DNA of 64,000 nt from Candidatus Izemoplasmatales bacterium (GCA_050949045.1 JBMNEZ010000001.1:544001-608000), one strand, 5' to 3'; numbered from the stretch's first letter, positions 18,086-28,661 are shown. A program made the numbers and translations. The notes: a model not told the origin generated them from the sequence alone.

Positions 18086-19384
18086 ATGAGCAAATTCAAG
18101 ACCAATGAGGATTATTTTTTGTTCGCTAAAACCCTGTCAGTCATCCCGACAGAGGATTTGTTGGTATTGTTGAAAAAGCACAAGATCAAAATCCCGACTT
18201 TTGTCCATCGTTTCATTCTTGGCGAGACGATCCATTCGAAAGTGTTTCAACCAAAACTTTACCAATCATATACGGACGAGCTCAAATATCGGCTTAGGGG
18301 CTATAAGAACTATTCTCTATACTTGCTTGAGAAACTGATCGCCGACTATAATCTTGACTTTGAAGCTGAAACCTACAAAGAGCTCTTTTTTGACATGCTC
18401 TTTCTCAATCGTGATCTCTACAACCTCAAAAACAGTTTCATCGACGACCTCGAGAAACTCAAATACAAATACGCTGTTGATTTTGAAAAAATCTCTTATG
18501 AGAATTTCATCGCTCAGTTCAACGAAATTATCTATGAACCATCAGGTTATTTGGACGGCGTCAGCCTTAAAATCCTTAAGGATGTGCTGATTTACTCTTG
18601 TACTCTTGGAGACATTCGCGGCTTGGGAGAAAAGTACGGAGTCAAAGTTCCAAGGCGCATCAATAAGGGCAAATTGATCGATATCCTCGCCGCCAGATTC
18701 CGTCTGACTAGCGAAGAGGCTGAACTATTGAACGACAAATCTGTTTTGGAATTGGAAATCTATGCCAAGGAAAAAGGCTTTCAGATCTCGATCGACCTCA
18801 AGAAGAGCGACATGATCGAATACATCATCTACGATCTCAAGATGTATCACAAAGAAGTTGCCAAGGACAACCACGATTATCAAATTCCGCTTGCGACCGA
18901 CGCTGAAGCGGTAGAGATCGATGCCATCGAATTCCAAGCCAATGATCAGGACATTCCGGTCATCGAAGCCGAGGAAACTCCGGCTGAAACTGTGACAACG
19001 ATCATTGAAGAAGAGGAAAGCGTGCCGGAAACTATGGCTGAGCCTGAACCCGTCGTCGAACAAGTTCAAGAACCCGAGCCGGAACCAGAACCAGAGCCAA
19101 AACCCGAGCCCGAAGTCGTTGTCGAGAAACCGGAAGTCGTTGTCGAAAGCGAAGTCGAGAAGAAAGAAGAAGTCGACTTTTCCCGCGAGGAACGGGAATT
19201 GCTTGATGAGAAGATCAACCTGATTATCAAGAAATATCATAAAAAACGTCGTGTCCGCCGCTTTTGGACGGCCTTTTGGATCATTATTCTCGTCGCCGTG
19301 CTGGGATTTGTCGGTTATTCTTACTACTACTATACCTATGTCAATCCGGGAGTGCTCCCCTTCGGAATCCCTGTGTTTTGGTGA
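18086..19384 (+). CDS. Hypothetical tail-anchored membrane protein: helical N-terminal region, acidic Glu/Pro linker, C-terminal TM helix
   Basis: 432-aa ORF with AAGGTG RBS; EPEPEPEPKPEP linker; KKRRVRR then FWTAFWIIILVAVLGFVGY. Confidence 0.85.
   Translation: MSKFKTNEDYFLFAKTLSVIPTEDLLVLLKKHKIKIPTFVHRFILGETIHSKVFQPKLYQSYTDELKYRLRGYKNYSLYLLEKLIADYNLDFEAETYKELFFDMLFLNRDLYNLKNSFIDDLEKLKYKYAVDFEKISYENFIAQFNEIIYEPSGYLDGVSLKILKDVLIYSCTLGDIRGLGEKYGVKVPRRINKGKLIDILAARFRLTSEEAELLNDKSVLELEIYAKEKGFQISIDLKKSDMIEYIIYDLKMYHKEVAKDNHDYQIPLATDAEAVEIDAIEFQANDQDIPVIEAEETPAETVTTIIEEEESVPETMAEPEPVVEQVQEPEPEPEPEPKPEPEVVVEKPEVVVESEVEKKEEVDFSREERELLDEKINLIIKKYHKKRRVRRFWTAFWIIILVAVLGFVGYSYYYYTYVNPGVLPFGIPVFW
19040..19165 (+). 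repeat. Low-complexity coding repeats (EP repeats; GAAGTCGTTGTCGA direct repeat)
   Basis: gaacc(a/c)gagcc units; GAAGTCGTTGTCGA occurs twice 21 nt apart. Confidence 0.7.
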
Positions 19385-19413
19385 GCATCCCCTTTTGTTG
19401 AGGCTGATTCACT

Positions 19414-22008
19414 TTGGAAATGCTTGATCAATTCAGTTACACCCCGATGATGCAACAATATTTGGAGATCAAAAAAGACTATACCGACTTTATAGTCTTT
19501 TTTCGACTTGGCGACTTTTACGAAATGTTCTTCACCGACGCGGTCCTAGCATCTAAAGAGTTAGAAATCGTACTCACGGGAAGGGATGCCGGTGTCAGCG
19601 AGCGGGTTCCGATGTGCGGTGTCCCCTACCATGCGGCCGATTTGTATATCGAGAGACTAATCAGCAAGGGGTTCAAAGTAGCGATCGTCGAACAGGTCGA
19701 AGACCCGAGCCTTGCCAAAGGCCTTGTCCGTCGCGAGGTGGTCAGACTGATCACTCCCGGAACCATCATCGACGAAGGTTCGCTCGATGCCAAAACCAAC
19801 AATTTCATCGGCGCGCTCACGCTGGGTAAAAATAGGTATATCCTCGCCTACTGCGACCTTTCAACAGGTGTAAACGCCATCGTCACCACCCCCAAGGATC
19901 TTGAGATCATCAAGAGCGAGGTGATGAATCTCGAAATCAGGGAACTAGTGATCGCTTCAGATGTCAACTTTCGCCAACTTCGAAGTAGTCTTGAAGACAG
20001 GACCATCACCCTTTCTTTGTGCGACCAGACCGATTTGCCGGCGATCTACCGGTCGTTGATCCAAGAAGTCTACGACAAAGAACTTATCAGCGCTTTTGCC
20101 CGTCTCGTAAACTATTTGATCAAGACCCAGAAACGCGAACTAATGCATATGCAAAAAGTCGAGGTTTTTGAGTCGGTCAAGTATTTGAATCTTGATAACA
20201 ATTCGATCAAAAACCTTGAATTGATCGAAACCTACCGTGAATCCACCAAAAAAGGCAGTCTTTTCTGGTTGCTTGACCGTTGCGAGACAGCGATGGGCTC
20301 CAGGATGCTCAAGCAGAGCATCCTGCGCCCGCTCGTTGACAAAACGAAGATTCTTGACCGTTTAGCGTTTGTCGAAGCCCTCAACGACAACTTCATTGTT
20401 CGCGAGGAAATCCGTGAATCGTTAAAGCAGGTCTATGATCTGGAACGGATTATCGGCAGAATCTCCTTTGGCAATGCCAACGCGAAAGACCTGCAAAATC
20501 TCAAACGCTCACTGAGAGCTGTTCCCCTAATCAAATCCCGTTTGGAAACCATTAAAAACGAACTGGCTACAGTCCTCGTCGCTGACATCGGCGATTATTC
20601 TGAAATGTGCGACTTGATCGATCGGGCCATCGTCGATAATCCGCCCCTAAGCATCAAGGAGGGCGGAATCATCAAGAAAGGTTTCAACGAGGAACTTGAT
20701 AACATCAGAGATCACGCTTTGAGCGGCAAGGATTGGATCCAGAAATTTGAGTCGGCCGAACGTGAACGTACGGGGATCAAAAAACTCAGGATCGGCTATA
20801 ATCGCGTCTTTGGCTACTACATCGAAATCTCCAAAGGGCAGCTCGAACTGGTCAAAAGCGAATTCGGCTATGAGCGCAAACAGACCTTGGTGAACTCCGA
20901 ACGGTTCGTGACTGATGATTTGAAACGGATGGAATCATTGATCCTAGGCTCTGAGGAGCAATCCGTCGGACTTGAATACTCGCTTTTCACGAATATCAGA
21001 GACCGGGTTTTCGAGCAAATCGATTCAATCCAGAAACTCGCTAGATCGCTCTCGCTTATCGATATGTTGATCGCATTCTCGATCGTCAGCATGGATAACC
21101 GTTACGTCAAACCCACAATCACCGATGAGCGCACCATTGAGATTATTTCGGGAAGACATCCCGTTGTCGAAACCCTGCTCGAACAGGGGGCTTTTGTCGA
21201 AAATGACGTCAGGATGGGGGAAAACACCGATATTTTGTTAATCACCGGCCCGAACATGTCGGGGAAATCAACGTATATGCGACAACTTGCTCTCTCAGTT
21301 ATCATGATGCAGATTGGTTGTTTCATCCCTGCCGCCAAGGCATCGCTGCCGCTGTTTGATCGCATCTTCACACGCATTGGCGCCTCCGATGATCTTTCAA
21401 CAGGAAAATCAACATTCATGGTCGAGATGCTCGAAGTTAACTTCGCCCTCCAAAACGCCACTAAAAACAGTTTGATCCTCTTTGACGAGATCGGGCGTGG
21501 AACGGCCACCTATGACGGGATGGCCCTGGCCCAGGCGATTATTGAGTATTGTCACCACAAAATCGACTGCAAGATCCTTTTCTCGACTCATTACCATGAA
21601 TTGACCTACCTAGAAGACGAACTCAAGACTCTCCATAATGTCCATGTGCTCGCCCGTGAAGAAAAGGGTAACATCGTCTTCCTCCACAAGGTGACCGACG
21701 GCCCAACCGACAAATCATATGGCATCCATGTCGCCAAATTGGCGAAATTGCCGGCAGTTTTGCTCAAACGCGCATCCTTGATCCTCGAAGAGTTGGAAAA
21801 AAACCACGGCTATAATGTCATCAAGCCCCAGACCATCGATTTGTTCAACTTTGAGGAAGCCCTGACAGCTGAAGAGGAAACAAAGGAACATTACCAATCG
21901 CTCATCGACCAGTTGCGCTCGATTGACGTCGATGAGTTGACCCCGCTCAAGGCTCTCAATATTCTAGCCGAAGTCATCGAAGAGGCTAAGAAGAAACATT
22001 CTCAATAA
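19414..22008 (+). CDS. mutS: DNA mismatch repair protein MutS
   Basis: TPMMQQY, GDFYEMF, TGPNMSGKSTYMRQ, STFMVEM, DEIGRGT, SYGIHVA. Confidence 0.99.
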   Translation: MEMLDQFSYTPMMQQYLEIKKDYTDFIVFFRLGDFYEMFFTDAVLASKELEIVLTGRDAGVSERVPMCGVPYHAADLYIERLISKGFKVAIVEQVEDPSLAKGLVRREVVRLITPGTIIDEGSLDAKTNNFIGALTLGKNRYILAYCDLSTGVNAIVTTPKDLEIIKSEVMNLEIRELVIASDVNFRQLRSSLEDRTITLSLCDQTDLPAIYRSLIQEVYDKELISAFARLVNYLIKTQKRELMHMQKVEVFESVKYLNLDNNSIKNLELIETYRESTKKGSLFWLLDRCETAMGSRMLKQSILRPLVDKTKILDRLAFVEALNDNFIVREEIRESLKQVYDLERIIGRISFGNANAKDLQNLKRSLRAVPLIKSRLETIKNELATVLVADIGDYSEMCDLIDRAIVDNPPLSIKEGGIIKKGFNEELDNIRDHALSGKDWIQKFESAERERTGIKKLRIGYNRVFGYYIEISKGQLELVKSEFGYERKQTLVNSERFVTDDLKRMESLILGSEEQSVGLEYSLFTNIRDRVFEQIDSIQKLARSLSLIDMLIAFSIVSMDNRYVKPTITDERTIEIISGRHPVVETLLEQGAFVENDVRMGENTDILLITGPNMSGKSTYMRQLALSVIMMQIGCFIPAAKASLPLFDRIFTRIGASDDLSTGKSTFMVEMLEVNFALQNATKNSLILFDEIGRGTATYDGMALAQAIIEYCHHKIDCKILFSTHYHELTYLEDELKTLHNVHVLAREEKGNIVFLHKVTDGPTDKSYGIHVAKLAKLPAVLLKRASLILEELEKNHGYNVIKPQTIDLFNFEEALTAEEETKEHYQSLIDQLRSIDVDELTPLKALNILAEVIEEAKKKHSQ

Positions 22009-22021
22009 GGGAGGCGAAACG

Positions 22022-23719
22022 ATGGGCAAGATCAGCCAGCTTGAAAGCAAACTGCAGAATCTGATCGCTGCCGGAGAAGTCATCGAAAGCATCGCAAACG
22101 TCGTCAAGGAACTGATCGAAAACGCCCTTGATGCCGGAGCCAGCCAAATCGACATCACACTCGAAGAAGCGGGAATGAAACGGATCCATATTGTCGATAA
22201 TGGCTCAGGGATGGATTCAACAGATGCCAAAATGGCTTTTCTTCGCCATGCGACTTCTAAAATTAGGAACGAATATGATCTCTTCCATATCAATTCTCTC
22301 GGTTTCCGGGGCGAGGCACTGCCTTCGATAGCGGCTGTCTCCCGGGTCGAACTCATAACTTCTGAAGGAGAAAATGCCGGGACCAGGGTCATCGTTGAAG
22401 ACAATATCATCCAATTGATAGAGCCGATAGGTTTTCGCAAGGGGACGTCAGTCGATGTGACGAGACTGTTCTACCATACCCCCGTCCGTTTCAAATATTT
22501 GAAATCTGTTAAACACGAACTTCAGAAGAGTGTTGATCTGGTCGGAAAATTTGCGCTTGCCAACCCTGAAGTGGCCTTCGCCCTCAGCAACAACAACCGC
22601 AAATTGCTCACGACTTATGGCAAAGGCAACGAACTCGATGTAATCGCAGGCATTTACGGCACCGCAACCGCCAAGGAGATGGTTCTTTTTGAAGTGAAAG
22701 GCCGCGATTATCATGTCCACGGTCACCTGAGCCGCCCCCTTGAGACCAGATCGTCAAAAAGGGATATCCATCTTTTCGTCAACCGCAGACCGATTCACGA
22801 CAGTCAACTCCAAAACACGGTTATTGAAGCCTACGGGCAACTACTTCCAGTCAAGCGCTATCCGATCGCGGTTTTGAAGATCGAGGTCGATCCCCAGTTG
22901 ATCGACGTCAATGTTCATCCTGCCAAACACCAAGTGAAGTTTTCCGAATATGATTCGCTCAAAAGCATAGTTTACAAGTGTATCCAAGACACCCTCAGGG
23001 GCAAACCGGTAATCGAAAAGTTTGTGGTTGCGGATGCAGAAAACAACATTCATCAGCGTCCCAACAGATTTGAAGCATCCGATACAGTCTATGAAAAGCC
23101 TTCCCTTTTCGATTATAACAACGGAAGCATTGACTTGCAGGTCTATTCTTCACTTGAATACATCGGCCAATATCATGGTACCTATTTGCTCTTTCAAAAT
23201 GAGGATGGCCTTTTTTTGATGGATCAGCATGCGGCCGCGGAAAGGATCCGTTACGAACGCTATCGAAAGAAGATGGGTGAGCCTGTTGTTGGTATTTACC
23301 GATTGCTTGTGCCTATTCCGCTAAGAGGTTCCGTAGCGGACAAAACCTTGATCGACGATCAAGCCTGCGATAAACTTGCTTCCCTTGGGGTAAGACTTCA
23401 GGCAAAAGAACTCCACTATGAGATTGTTGAGGTTCCAAACTGGTTTCCCAGAGGCCATGAGGCCGAATTTGTAGAGACGATACTGATCAGCATCAGCGAG
23501 AACCGTCAGGCATCCGCCGCCGAACTCCTCGACGACCTTGCCATTCTCTTGAGTTGCAAGCACTCGCTAAAAGCGAACAAATATGTTGATCCTCGCAGTG
23601 CTGGGGTCCTCTTACGGGATCTTTCACAGTGTGAAAATCCCTACACCTGCCCTCATGGTCGGCCGATCTTTGTCAACTTGAGCCATGCGGAGATCGAGAA
23701 ACTGTTTAAGCGGACCTGA
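22022..23719 (+). CDS. mutL: DNA mismatch repair endonuclease MutL
   Basis: IAAGEVIE, KELIENALDA, GFRGEAL, DQHAAAERIRYE, CPHGRP. Confidence 0.98.
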   Translation: MGKISQLESKLQNLIAAGEVIESIANVVKELIENALDAGASQIDITLEEAGMKRIHIVDNGSGMDSTDAKMAFLRHATSKIRNEYDLFHINSLGFRGEALPSIAAVSRVELITSEGENAGTRVIVEDNIIQLIEPIGFRKGTSVDVTRLFYHTPVRFKYLKSVKHELQKSVDLVGKFALANPEVAFALSNNNRKLLTTYGKGNELDVIAGIYGTATAKEMVLFEVKGRDYHVHGHLSRPLETRSSKRDIHLFVNRRPIHDSQLQNTVIEAYGQLLPVKRYPIAVLKIEVDPQLIDVNVHPAKHQVKFSEYDSLKSIVYKCIQDTLRGKPVIEKFVVADAENNIHQRPNRFEASDTVYEKPSLFDYNNGSIDLQVYSSLEYIGQYHGTYLLFQNEDGLFLMDQHAAAERIRYERYRKKMGEPVVGIYRLLVPIPLRGSVADKTLIDDQACDKLASLGVRLQAKELHYEIVEVPNWFPRGHEAEFVETILISISENRQASAAELLDDLAILLSCKHSLKANKYVDPRSAGVLLRDLSQCENPYTCPHGRPIFVNLSHAEIEKLFKRT

Positions 23720-23721
23720 CC

Positions 23722-24621
23722 ATGAAACCCATTATTGCTATTTGCGGCCCGACTGCCAGCAAAAAAAGCCATGTTGCGATCGCCATTGCCAAGCGTTTCC
23801 CCTCCGAAATCATCTCCGCCGACGCTTTCCAAATATACCGAGGCATGGATATCGGCACCGCAAAAATGCGTCCCGAGGAGACCAAAGGCGTTCCGCATCA
23901 CCTGATCGACATCCTTGATCCGGTTGATTCTTTTTCGGTTCATGACTATCAATCTCTGGCCCGACAAAAGATTTCCGAGATTCGAAAACGGGGTAACACC
24001 CCGATTATCGTCGGTGGCTCAGGCCTATATCTCCAAGCCGTTTTGTACGATTATCGTTTCGAGGGCAAGAAACGCCTTCTTGATGATGTCGACGTCACGC
24101 TTTCCAATGCCGATTTACAAAATCGTCTCAGAGAGATCAATCCGGTATTAGCCGATACAATCCATCAGAACAATCGGCGCCGGTTGATTAGGGCGCTTGA
24201 AATCGCAAAGAGTTCAAAAGAAGCGAACGTCAAGATGAATGCTGTTCCCTTCTATCAAAATCTTGTTTTGATTGGACTCTCCCCGCCGAGAGAGAGACTT
24301 TACGAGGCGATCAATAATCGAGTTGACAAGATGATCGAATCAGGTCTTCTTGAAGAAGTCAAACGGCTATTGGCTTCGGGACTTGGCACTCAAGCCGCCC
24401 AAGCCATCGGCTACAAGGAACTGATTGTGCATCTCGAAGGAGGGTGCACGCTTGAATCGGCGGTCGAAAACATCAAGCAAAATACCAGACGCTATGCCAA
24501 GAGGCAACTGACATGGTTCAAAAACCAGATGAGCTTGCAATGGTTCGATGTCAATCCTGATGACCTTGAAGGAACGATTCGATCGGTGATGGACTATATC
24601 AATGAAAAGGCGAAGCCATGA
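23722..24621 (+). CDS. miaA: tRNA dimethylallyltransferase
   Basis: GPTASKKS, GMDIGTAK, VGGSGLY, AIGYKE, TRRYAKRQLTWF. Confidence 0.97.
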   Translation: MKPIIAICGPTASKKSHVAIAIAKRFPSEIISADAFQIYRGMDIGTAKMRPEETKGVPHHLIDILDPVDSFSVHDYQSLARQKISEIRKRGNTPIIVGGSGLYLQAVLYDYRFEGKKRLLDDVDVTLSNADLQNRLREINPVLADTIHQNNRRRLIRALEIAKSSKEANVKMNAVPFYQNLVLIGLSPPRERLYEAINNRVDKMIESGLLEEVKRLLASGLGTQAAQAIGYKELIVHLEGGCTLESAVENIKQNTRRYAKRQLTWFKNQMSLQWFDVNPDDLEGTIRSVMDYINEKAKP

Positions 24622-24634
24622 CCGGCTTCGCCTT
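24607..24634. terminator. Perfect 11-bp inverted repeat between convergent miaA and rhodanese genes
   Basis: AAGGCGAAGCC-atgacc-GGCTTCGCCTT, overlapping both stop codons. Confidence 0.65.
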
Positions 24635-25043
24635 AGTGATTTTCTTTTAACGGATAATTCCATTTTTTTAACCCGCCACTGAGAATGTATACAGGTTGAA
24701 AACCTTTTCTGAGCAGTTTCCTAGCAACGCTTTTGACGGATTTGGTATGGTTTTCATCATAAATAAAGATGGCCTGGTCCCTTCGAAAGCGGGAGAGATT
24801 TTGAAAGATACTCTGTTTGGGATAGTTACGGCTGCCGTTGATCTTGCGGGCCTTATAGTCTATCTCGGGACGGATATCAATAAGTTGGCCTTTGCGCATG
24901 TTTTGTCGAAACTCATCCGGTTCGAGGATGATGACTTGGGAATAGTCATATCTCCTTCGCATAGAGAAAATAATGCCGACCAACAGCCCAAGAGTGATCG
25001 GTAAAATCCATTGCCAAGCGTTAGTTTCTGCCAAAAAGACCAT
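24633..25043 (-). CDS. Membrane-anchored rhodanese-like protein (YqhL-like); catalytic Cys replaced by Asp
   Basis: N-terminal TM, LIDIR, INGSRN, IFIYDEN, ILSGGLKKW; AAGGAG RBS before ATG 25043. Confidence 0.85.
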   Translation of the reverse strand: MVFLAETNAWQWILPITLGLLVGIIFSMRRRYDYSQVIILEPDEFRQNMRKGQLIDIRPEIDYKARKINGSRNYPKQSIFQNLSRFRRDQAIFIYDENHTKSVKSVARKLLRKGFQPVYILSGGLKKWNYPLKENH

Positions 25044-25168
25044 TTTCACACACTCCTTATCCGGTATCACCAACATTATAGTTGAGATGAATTGTGTTGT
25101 CAACGGCACTGTTTTATAATATAATATACCTGAAATATTGAACAATGTTCATTTTGTTGGAGGTTTTT

Positions 25169-25729
25169 ATGGTCAGCACCAACGATTTCAAAACTGGAAT
25201 TACAATCGAATACGAGGGTAATATTTATCAAGTCATTGAATTCCAGCATGTCAAACCCGGCAAAGGTGGAGCTTTCGTCAGAACCAAATTGCGCAATCTG
25301 CGGACAAAAGCGGTCATCGATAAGACTTTCAATGCCGGAATCAATGTCAATACCGCGCAGATCGAGAAAAGCCAGATGCAGTATTTGTACGCTTCTGGAG
25401 ACACGCATGTCTTCATGAACAACGATACCTATGAGCAACTAGAGATCGACAAGAGTTTAATCGAATACGAATTGAACTTTTTGACCGAAGGCATCATCAT
25501 CAATGTCATCACCTATGAGCATGAACTTCTCGGCGTCGAACTTCCTGACAAGGTTGTTCTCGAGATCGTCGAGACTGCGGGCGGCGCCAAGGGTAATACG
25601 GCTTCTAACGCCCAGAAAGAAGCGTTGACAAACACCGGGTTCAAACTTTTGGTTCCGCTTTTCCTTGAAAACGGTGAGAAAATCTGGGTTTCGACTTCAA
25701 CCGGGAAATATGATTCCCGGGCTAAGTAA
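25169..25729 (+). CDS. efp: Elongation factor P
   Basis: FQHVKPGKGGAFVRTK, KGNTAS, VPLF; GGAGG RBS. Confidence 0.98.
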   Translation: MVSTNDFKTGITIEYEGNIYQVIEFQHVKPGKGGAFVRTKLRNLRTKAVIDKTFNAGINVNTAQIEKSQMQYLYASGDTHVFMNNDTYEQLEIDKSLIEYELNFLTEGIIINVITYEHELLGVELPDKVVLEIVETAGGAKGNTASNAQKEALTNTGFKLLVPLFLENGEKIWVSTSTGKYDSRAK

Positions 25730-25758
25730 CCCAACTGATTTTGAGGAGTGATGTTTTT

Positions 25759-27138
25759 TTGGAACTAAGTGACACGTGGCCTTTATTATTGGCAATCAAG
25801 TTCCGGCCGTGGCTACTGGGTATAATGCTAATATTGTTGCTTTTGAGTGCTTTTTTTTCGTTGAGCGAAATGGCATTTGCGTCTGTCGGGAAAGTCAAAC
25901 TTAAAACACTGATTGATCAGGGCGTCAAGGGGTCAAAGAAGGCCCTATGGATCGTTGACAATTTTGATAAAACGCTGACAACGCTTCTTGTCGGCAATAA
26001 TCTAGTGAATATTGGACTCACTTCGGTGAGCGTTTTGTTTTTTGCAGGCTTATTCGAATCAATTCCCAATTCCGATACTTGGATAACAATCGTAAACACA
26101 ATCTCAGTGACGATCATCGTCCTGATTTTTGGGGAAATTCTCCCCAAGAGCATTGCGAAGACGAACCCCGATCGGATTTGTATCGGGATCAGCGGGTTGC
26201 TTTATTTCCTGATCAAGATCATGATGCCGATAACCTATCCGTTCCGTCTTTTGAATAGGAGAGTCTTAAGAAAAGTTGAGAATGAGATTCCTTTTACTGT
26301 CACTGAGGATGAACTTGAGACGATCATCGATACAATGGAGGAAGAAGGCTCGATCGATGAAGAAGAGGCGGACATGTTGCAAAAAGTTCTCGATTTGAGC
26401 GACATCACGGTTGAAGAGATTATGACACCGCGAGTCGATATGGTCGCCTGTGAGGTTAATGATGATGTCGGAAAGATCCGGGACGTCTTTTTCAAAAACA
26501 AATTTTCCCGTATCCCCATATATGATGAGAAGACCGACAACATCATCGGCATCCTCTCCGAACGAGATTTTTACACGAAGTTGATCAAAGGACAAACGAT
26601 CAACATCAAAAAACTGCTCCGAAAACCGATCTTCGTGCCGACCTCGACCAAAGTCGATTCCCTGATCGAGTTATTGCAGCGGGAGAACTCGCATCTTGCG
26701 ATCGTCGTTGACGAATACGGTGGGGTCGACGGTCTCGTCACCATGGAAGATGCCCTTGAGGAACTCGTTGGTGAAATCTATGACGAACACGACGATGTCA
26801 CCGAAAAGATTGTCGCCGACGGCGATACCTATCTCGTCGACGCAGAGATGGCTCTCAGCGAATTGTTCGATGATCTCAATCTAGGTGAACTTCCCGAGTC
26901 CGATTCCACATCAGTCGGCGGCTGGCTGTTCGAGATGTTTCAAGACATCCCCGAGGTCGGCGAAAAATTCCAATATGAGGTCGCCGTCAATCAGGTTTAT
27001 GACGAACTTAGCGAACTTGTGAGTGAAGATCTCGAGGTCTTGACCTTCGAAGTGTTAAAGGTCAAGAAGCGCCGTATCAAGTTGGTCCGCCTCACCGTTT
27101 CAATTCAAGCATATGAAAAAGCCATCAACGGCAGTTGA
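25759..27138 (+). CDS. CNNM/HlyC-CorC family (DUF21 + CBS pair) membrane protein
   Basis: FFSLSEMA, GEILPK, IMTPRVD, VVDEYGG..G.VTMED.LEELVGEI; TTG 25759 after GAGGAG chosen as start. Confidence 0.92.
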   Translation: MELSDTWPLLLAIKFRPWLLGIMLILLLLSAFFSLSEMAFASVGKVKLKTLIDQGVKGSKKALWIVDNFDKTLTTLLVGNNLVNIGLTSVSVLFFAGLFESIPNSDTWITIVNTISVTIIVLIFGEILPKSIAKTNPDRICIGISGLLYFLIKIMMPITYPFRLLNRRVLRKVENEIPFTVTEDELETIIDTMEEEGSIDEEEADMLQKVLDLSDITVEEIMTPRVDMVACEVNDDVGKIRDVFFKNKFSRIPIYDEKTDNIIGILSERDFYTKLIKGQTINIKKLLRKPIFVPTSTKVDSLIELLQRENSHLAIVVDEYGGVDGLVTMEDALEELVGEIYDEHDDVTEKIVADGDTYLVDAEMALSELFDDLNLGELPESDSTSVGGWLFEMFQDIPEVGEKFQYEVAVNQVYDELSELVSEDLEVLTFEVLKVKKRRIKLVRLTVSIQAYEKAINGS

Positions 27139-27145
27139 TTCGATG

Positions 27146-27172
27146 ATGAGGGTAGAAACCTATCCTCATTTT
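27146..27172 (+). terminator. Probable terminator hairpin
   Basis: ATGAGGGTAG-aaac-CTATCCTCAT then TTT. Confidence 0.6.
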
Positions 27173-27193
27173 CTTGGAGATTTGGAGTAATTC

Positions 27194-27925
27194 ATGGAGC
27201 GCCTTCAAAAAATTCTACAACTTTCCGGGGTTGCCTCGCGTCGCCAAGCGGCTTTGTTGATCGCTTCTGGCAAAGTAATGGTTGACGGCATCGTTGTCTA
27301 TGAGCCTGGGTATCTGGTCGAAGCGAACCAGTCCGTCACTATTGATGGTAAGCAACTCACACAAGAGAATAGGGTTTACTTCGCCCTCAATAAACCGACT
27401 GGTTATATCACGACAATGTCTGATCCTAAAAAGCGAAAGACCATCTTAGACTTGATTGATATCAAAGAGCGCGTTGTCCCGGTGGGCAGGCTCGATAACA
27501 ATACTTCGGGTTTGTTGTTGCTGACAAATGACGGTGCACTGTTAAATCGACTGATCCACCCCCGATATATGCTGGAAAAGGAATACCATGTCAAGGTCAG
27601 CGGTTTGCTTCGGAAAGAAACCTCAAAAGAAATTGAAAAAGGCGTCGATCTTGGCGACTTTGTCACCGCGCCTGCCAAAATCGAGGGTGTCCGCTATGAT
27701 GATAAACGCAAAAACACCTATTTGAAGATCATAATCTATGAAGGTAGATATCGTCAGATAAGGCGGATGTTCGAGTGTTTTGGACATCCTGTTCTCAAAT
27801 TAAAGCGTTATCGTTTTGGCCCCATCACTCTTGAAGGAATTCCAACGGGGGCATATCGGCCACTTAAAATTCATGAAGTAAAGTTGCTTTGGCATTTTTC
27901 AACAGCGAAAGATGCACAAAAATAG
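27194..27925 (+). CDS. rluB: rRNA pseudouridine synthase, RsuA/RluB family
   Basis: ERLQK..GVASRR S4 domain, PVGRLD, EGRYRQIRRM; lies upstream of cmk. Confidence 0.88.
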   Translation: MERLQKILQLSGVASRRQAALLIASGKVMVDGIVVYEPGYLVEANQSVTIDGKQLTQENRVYFALNKPTGYITTMSDPKKRKTILDLIDIKERVVPVGRLDNNTSGLLLLTNDGALLNRLIHPRYMLEKEYHVKVSGLLRKETSKEIEKGVDLGDFVTAPAKIEGVRYDDKRKNTYLKIIIYEGRYRQIRRMFECFGHPVLKLKRYRFGPITLEGIPTGAYRPLKIHEVKLLWHFSTAKDAQK

Positions 27926-27989
27926 CCAAAACCAGTATTCTCTGATTCCATTATATATGATATAATAACAAAGGTTGAGGAGCGACACG

Positions 27990-28661
27990 ATGAACTATCA
28001 TGCTTTGGCGATCGATGGTCCTGCCGGTGCTGGAAAATCGACAGTAGCAAAACTGCTGGCAAAGAAACTTGGATACATCTATATTGATACCGGAGCGATG
28101 TATCGCGCCGTGACTTTGAAAGCGCTCGAGCTTGAAGTCGATATCGACGATCCGCAAGCGTTCGGCTTTCTCAAAGAGACCGACATGGCCTTCAACGATG
28201 GCATTCTCTATGTTAATGGAGAAGACGTAAGTTTGAAAATTCGTTCGAATGCCATCTCGAACAATGTCAGTATTGTCGCTTCGCATATTCCCGTCCGCAA
28301 TCAGCTGGTCGTTATCCAGCAACAAATTGCGGCCCGTGCCAATGTCGTCATGGACGGCAGGGACATCGGCACCGTGGTTTTGCCCAACGCCGACCTCAAA
28401 ATCTTCTTGACGGCTACGGTCGAGGAACGGGCAAGAAGAAGGCACAATGAAAATCTATCGTTAGGCATCAAATCTGATATCAATTTGCTTATTCAGGAGA
28501 TCGAAAGGCGCGATCGAATCGATTCAACCCGGAGTTACAATCCCCTGAGGCAGGCCGAAGACGCAGTCTATCTCGATACCACGAATCTCGATATCAATCA
28601 AGTAACAGAAAAAATTTACGATATGTTTATCAAGGCAATCGGCAGGAAGAGGAACAACTAA
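27990..28661 (+). CDS. cmk: Cytidylate kinase
   Basis: IDGPAGAGKST, DTGAMYR, MDGRDIGT. Confidence 0.97.
   Translation: MNYHALAIDGPAGAGKSTVAKLLAKKLGYIYIDTGAMYRAVTLKALELEVDIDDPQAFGFLKETDMAFNDGILYVNGEDVSLKIRSNAISNNVSIVASHIPVRNQLVVIQQQIAARANVVMDGRDIGTVVLPNADLKIFLTATVEERARRRHNENLSLGIKSDINLLIQEIERRDRIDSTRSYNPLRQAEDAVYLDTTNLDINQVTEKIYDMFIKAIGRKRNN

Noticed and set aside
19040..19165. Short direct repeats as a possible CRISPR array
   Set aside because: In-frame coding repeats of a Glu/Pro linker; no spacers and no cas genes
25759..27138. 'Hemolysin' as a virulence toxin
   Set aside because: CNNM/CorC-family proteins are metal-transport related; no toxin features seen
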